Shown piece by piece: positions 62,605 through 64,000 of a DNA stretch of 64,000 bases (position 1 is the first letter of the stretch; each line of letters opens with the position of its first letter). Below the pieces are notes generated by a model. It was not told where the DNA came from. It did no database searches and worked only from the letters and a program-made list of their open reading frames with translations. Source of the DNA: Candidatus Methylopumilus sp. (GTDB lineage Bacteria > Pseudomonadota > Gammaproteobacteria > Burkholderiales > Burkholderiaceae_B). The stretch lies in the NCBI GenBank assembly GCA_021738045.1, contig JAIPCU010000001.1, forward strand, positions 751-64,750, read 5' to 3'. The position numbers and the translations under genes are program-made.

Positions 62605-62939
62605 TTGTCGAGTGCCCCCATTACCAAGCCTCTGAAACCGTACACGAGTCGATCACCCGTTAAGGCGACGAGCTCAACCTCGCGCTCTTGACCTGGCTCA
62701 AAACGCACCGCAGTACCTGCCGGTATATTTAAACGAAACCCAGTGGCTTGCGCGCGATCAAAACGCAGCGCCGAATTGGTTTCGGCAAAGTGGTAGTGCG
62801 AGCCGATCTGCACAGGACGATCACCAGTGTTCGCAACCAGCACTTTCGTCAACGTACGGCCAGCATTAATTTCAATTTCACCAGGCGCTACGATCATCTC
62901 GCCCGGAATCATTGGTGTTGCACTCATCTTTTTCTCCAA
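62601..62939 (-). CDS. ureB: Urease beta subunit
   Basis: [20 protein letters not shown] and GTAVRFEPG motifs. Confidence 0.97.
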   Translation of the reverse strand: MEKKMSATPMIPGEMIVAPGEIEINAGRTLTKVLVANTGDRPVQIGSHYHFAETNSALRFDRAQATGFRLNIPAGTAVRFEPGQEREVELVALTGDRLVYGFRGLVMGALDK

Positions 62940-62956
62940 AATGTCTCGGCGGATGG

Positions 62957-63259
62957 TTACTGAATAGGTTGATGAACGGTGACAAGCTTAGTGCCATCCG
63001 GAAACGTCGCCTCGATTTGAATATCGGGGATCATTTCAGAAACACCTTCCATCACGTCTTGTCGAGTCAAAATATTGCGGCCTTCGCTCATCAGTTCAGC
63101 AACAGTTCTGCCGTCGCGTGCACCTTCCATGATGGCTGCCGAAATCATGGCAATCGCTTCGGGCACATTAAGCTTTAAGCCACGAGCACGCCTGCGCTCG
63201 GCCAGCAAGCTTGCCGTAAAAATTAACAATTTGTCTTTTTCGCGCGGTGTCAGATCCAT
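62957..63259 (-). CDS. ureA: Urease gamma subunit
   Basis: LTPREKDKL and [14 protein letters not shown] motifs. Confidence 0.98.
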   Translation of the reverse strand: MDLTPREKDKLLIFTASLLAERRRARGLKLNVPEAIAMISAAIMEGARDGRTVAELMSEGRNILTRQDVMEGVSEMIPDIQIEATFPDGTKLVTVHQPIQ

Positions 63260-63293
63260 AGTTACCCCTTAACAACTTTTATTATCGTAATCA

Positions 63294-64000
63294 TCAAGTC
63301 GCCCACAAGCGTGGTGCAACAGCTGGCAAACCAAGCACGACCGGGCGCAACTGCGCCCAAGCGTCTTGTAATAAAAACTTAAGTTCACGCGGTTCAGCTA
63401 ACAGCCGAACCACCAATAAACGAGGATGAAGAATTGTCCAGGCCAATTGTGTTGAATGCTCACGCAAGGCCTGTACTATTGCTTCAGTAAACGTTTTAGA
63501 CGCTGGCAAAATCGCCCACAGCGTTGCGCAGCTATAGTGCCCACGCAGGCCGATTGGCGAGGCAAATAATGCGTCATCACCTACCAAGGCCAAGCGGTCG
63601 TGCCAAATCAGTTGCCCATCAATTTGAATTTTTAGCGATTGACGAAAATGACCTTCAGCAAAAGATTCGCCAGAGGCATGGCGACCAAAGATGAGGTGAT
63701 CCCAACCTAACATTGCACCGTGCTCACCTACCCTGATATCAAGATCAGAACGCACACGTGCCCGATTAAAGACAATGGTCTCTTGAGGCAGCCACTCGAA
63801 GGCACCCTGCAAGTCAATATCGATTAACTGCGAAGCCTCAAGCGAAGCGTTTGCGCCATACCACTTCGCGGCAGAGGGGGTCGTGACCAAACCATGGCTG
63901 CCGGGTTGACTATTGATAAGCACTTCAAGTCGATCACAGCCGGCGATACCGCCCGGTGGATGGACGATGATTGCGTGACAAGTCGAAGCGCCTTCTGGGT
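63294..64000 (-). CDS. ureD: Urease accessory protein D (5' end outside the window)
   Basis: Frame stays open to the window edge (PEGASTCHAIIVHPPGGIAG); EWLPQETI and PRLWAT motifs. Confidence 0.93.
   Translation of the reverse strand, partial: PEGASTCHAIIVHPPGGIAGCDRLEVLINSQPGSHGLVTTPSAAKWYGANASLEASQLIDIDLQGAFEWLPQETIVFNRARVRSDLDIRVGEHGAMLGWDHLIFGRHASGESFAEGHFRQSLKIQIDGQLIWHDRLALVGDDALFASPIGLRGHYSCATLWAILPASKTFTEAIVQALREHSTQLAWTILHPRLLVVRLLAEPRELKFLLQDAWAQLRPVVLGLPAVAPRLWAT

Overview
A bacterial chromosome segment, most likely from an Alcaligenaceae-like betaproteobacterium. This is an inference from five intact Bug/TctC solute receptors and the gene order lysC-tilS-accA-alkA-cysS-ppi-lpxH. 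The right part (about 40-64 kb) is mostly core genome: lysC, tilS, accA, cysS, lpxH, suhB, trmJ, cysE, mutS, roxA-like and a urease operon, with two toxin-antitoxin pairs (about 39.3 and 53.9 kb). The left 39 kb, 3' of a tRNA-Ser(GCT), is a patchwork of accessory modules: selenoneine biosynthesis (senA, senB, selD), a Pho-box-controlled phosphite oxidation operon (ptxABCD), a Pho-box-controlled putative 2-aminoethylphosphonate ABC transporter, a periplasmic rhodanese-YeeE module, and a class II lanthipeptide synthetase (LanM, CCG/ProcM type). Three small ORFs missing from the supplied track were found by reading the sequence. The best candidate for an undescribed system is the 44-aa lanthipeptide precursor directly after lanM (leader ...EITDEALEQTAG, core DAQGPHITRSWNVDTQTSGC), which has its own promoter but no exporter or protease in the window. 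The other two are a 56-aa membrane peptide with a Gly-rich tail carrying a Cys, after yeeE, and a 43-aa membrane peptide. All calls come from motif recognition by eye; no database search was run.
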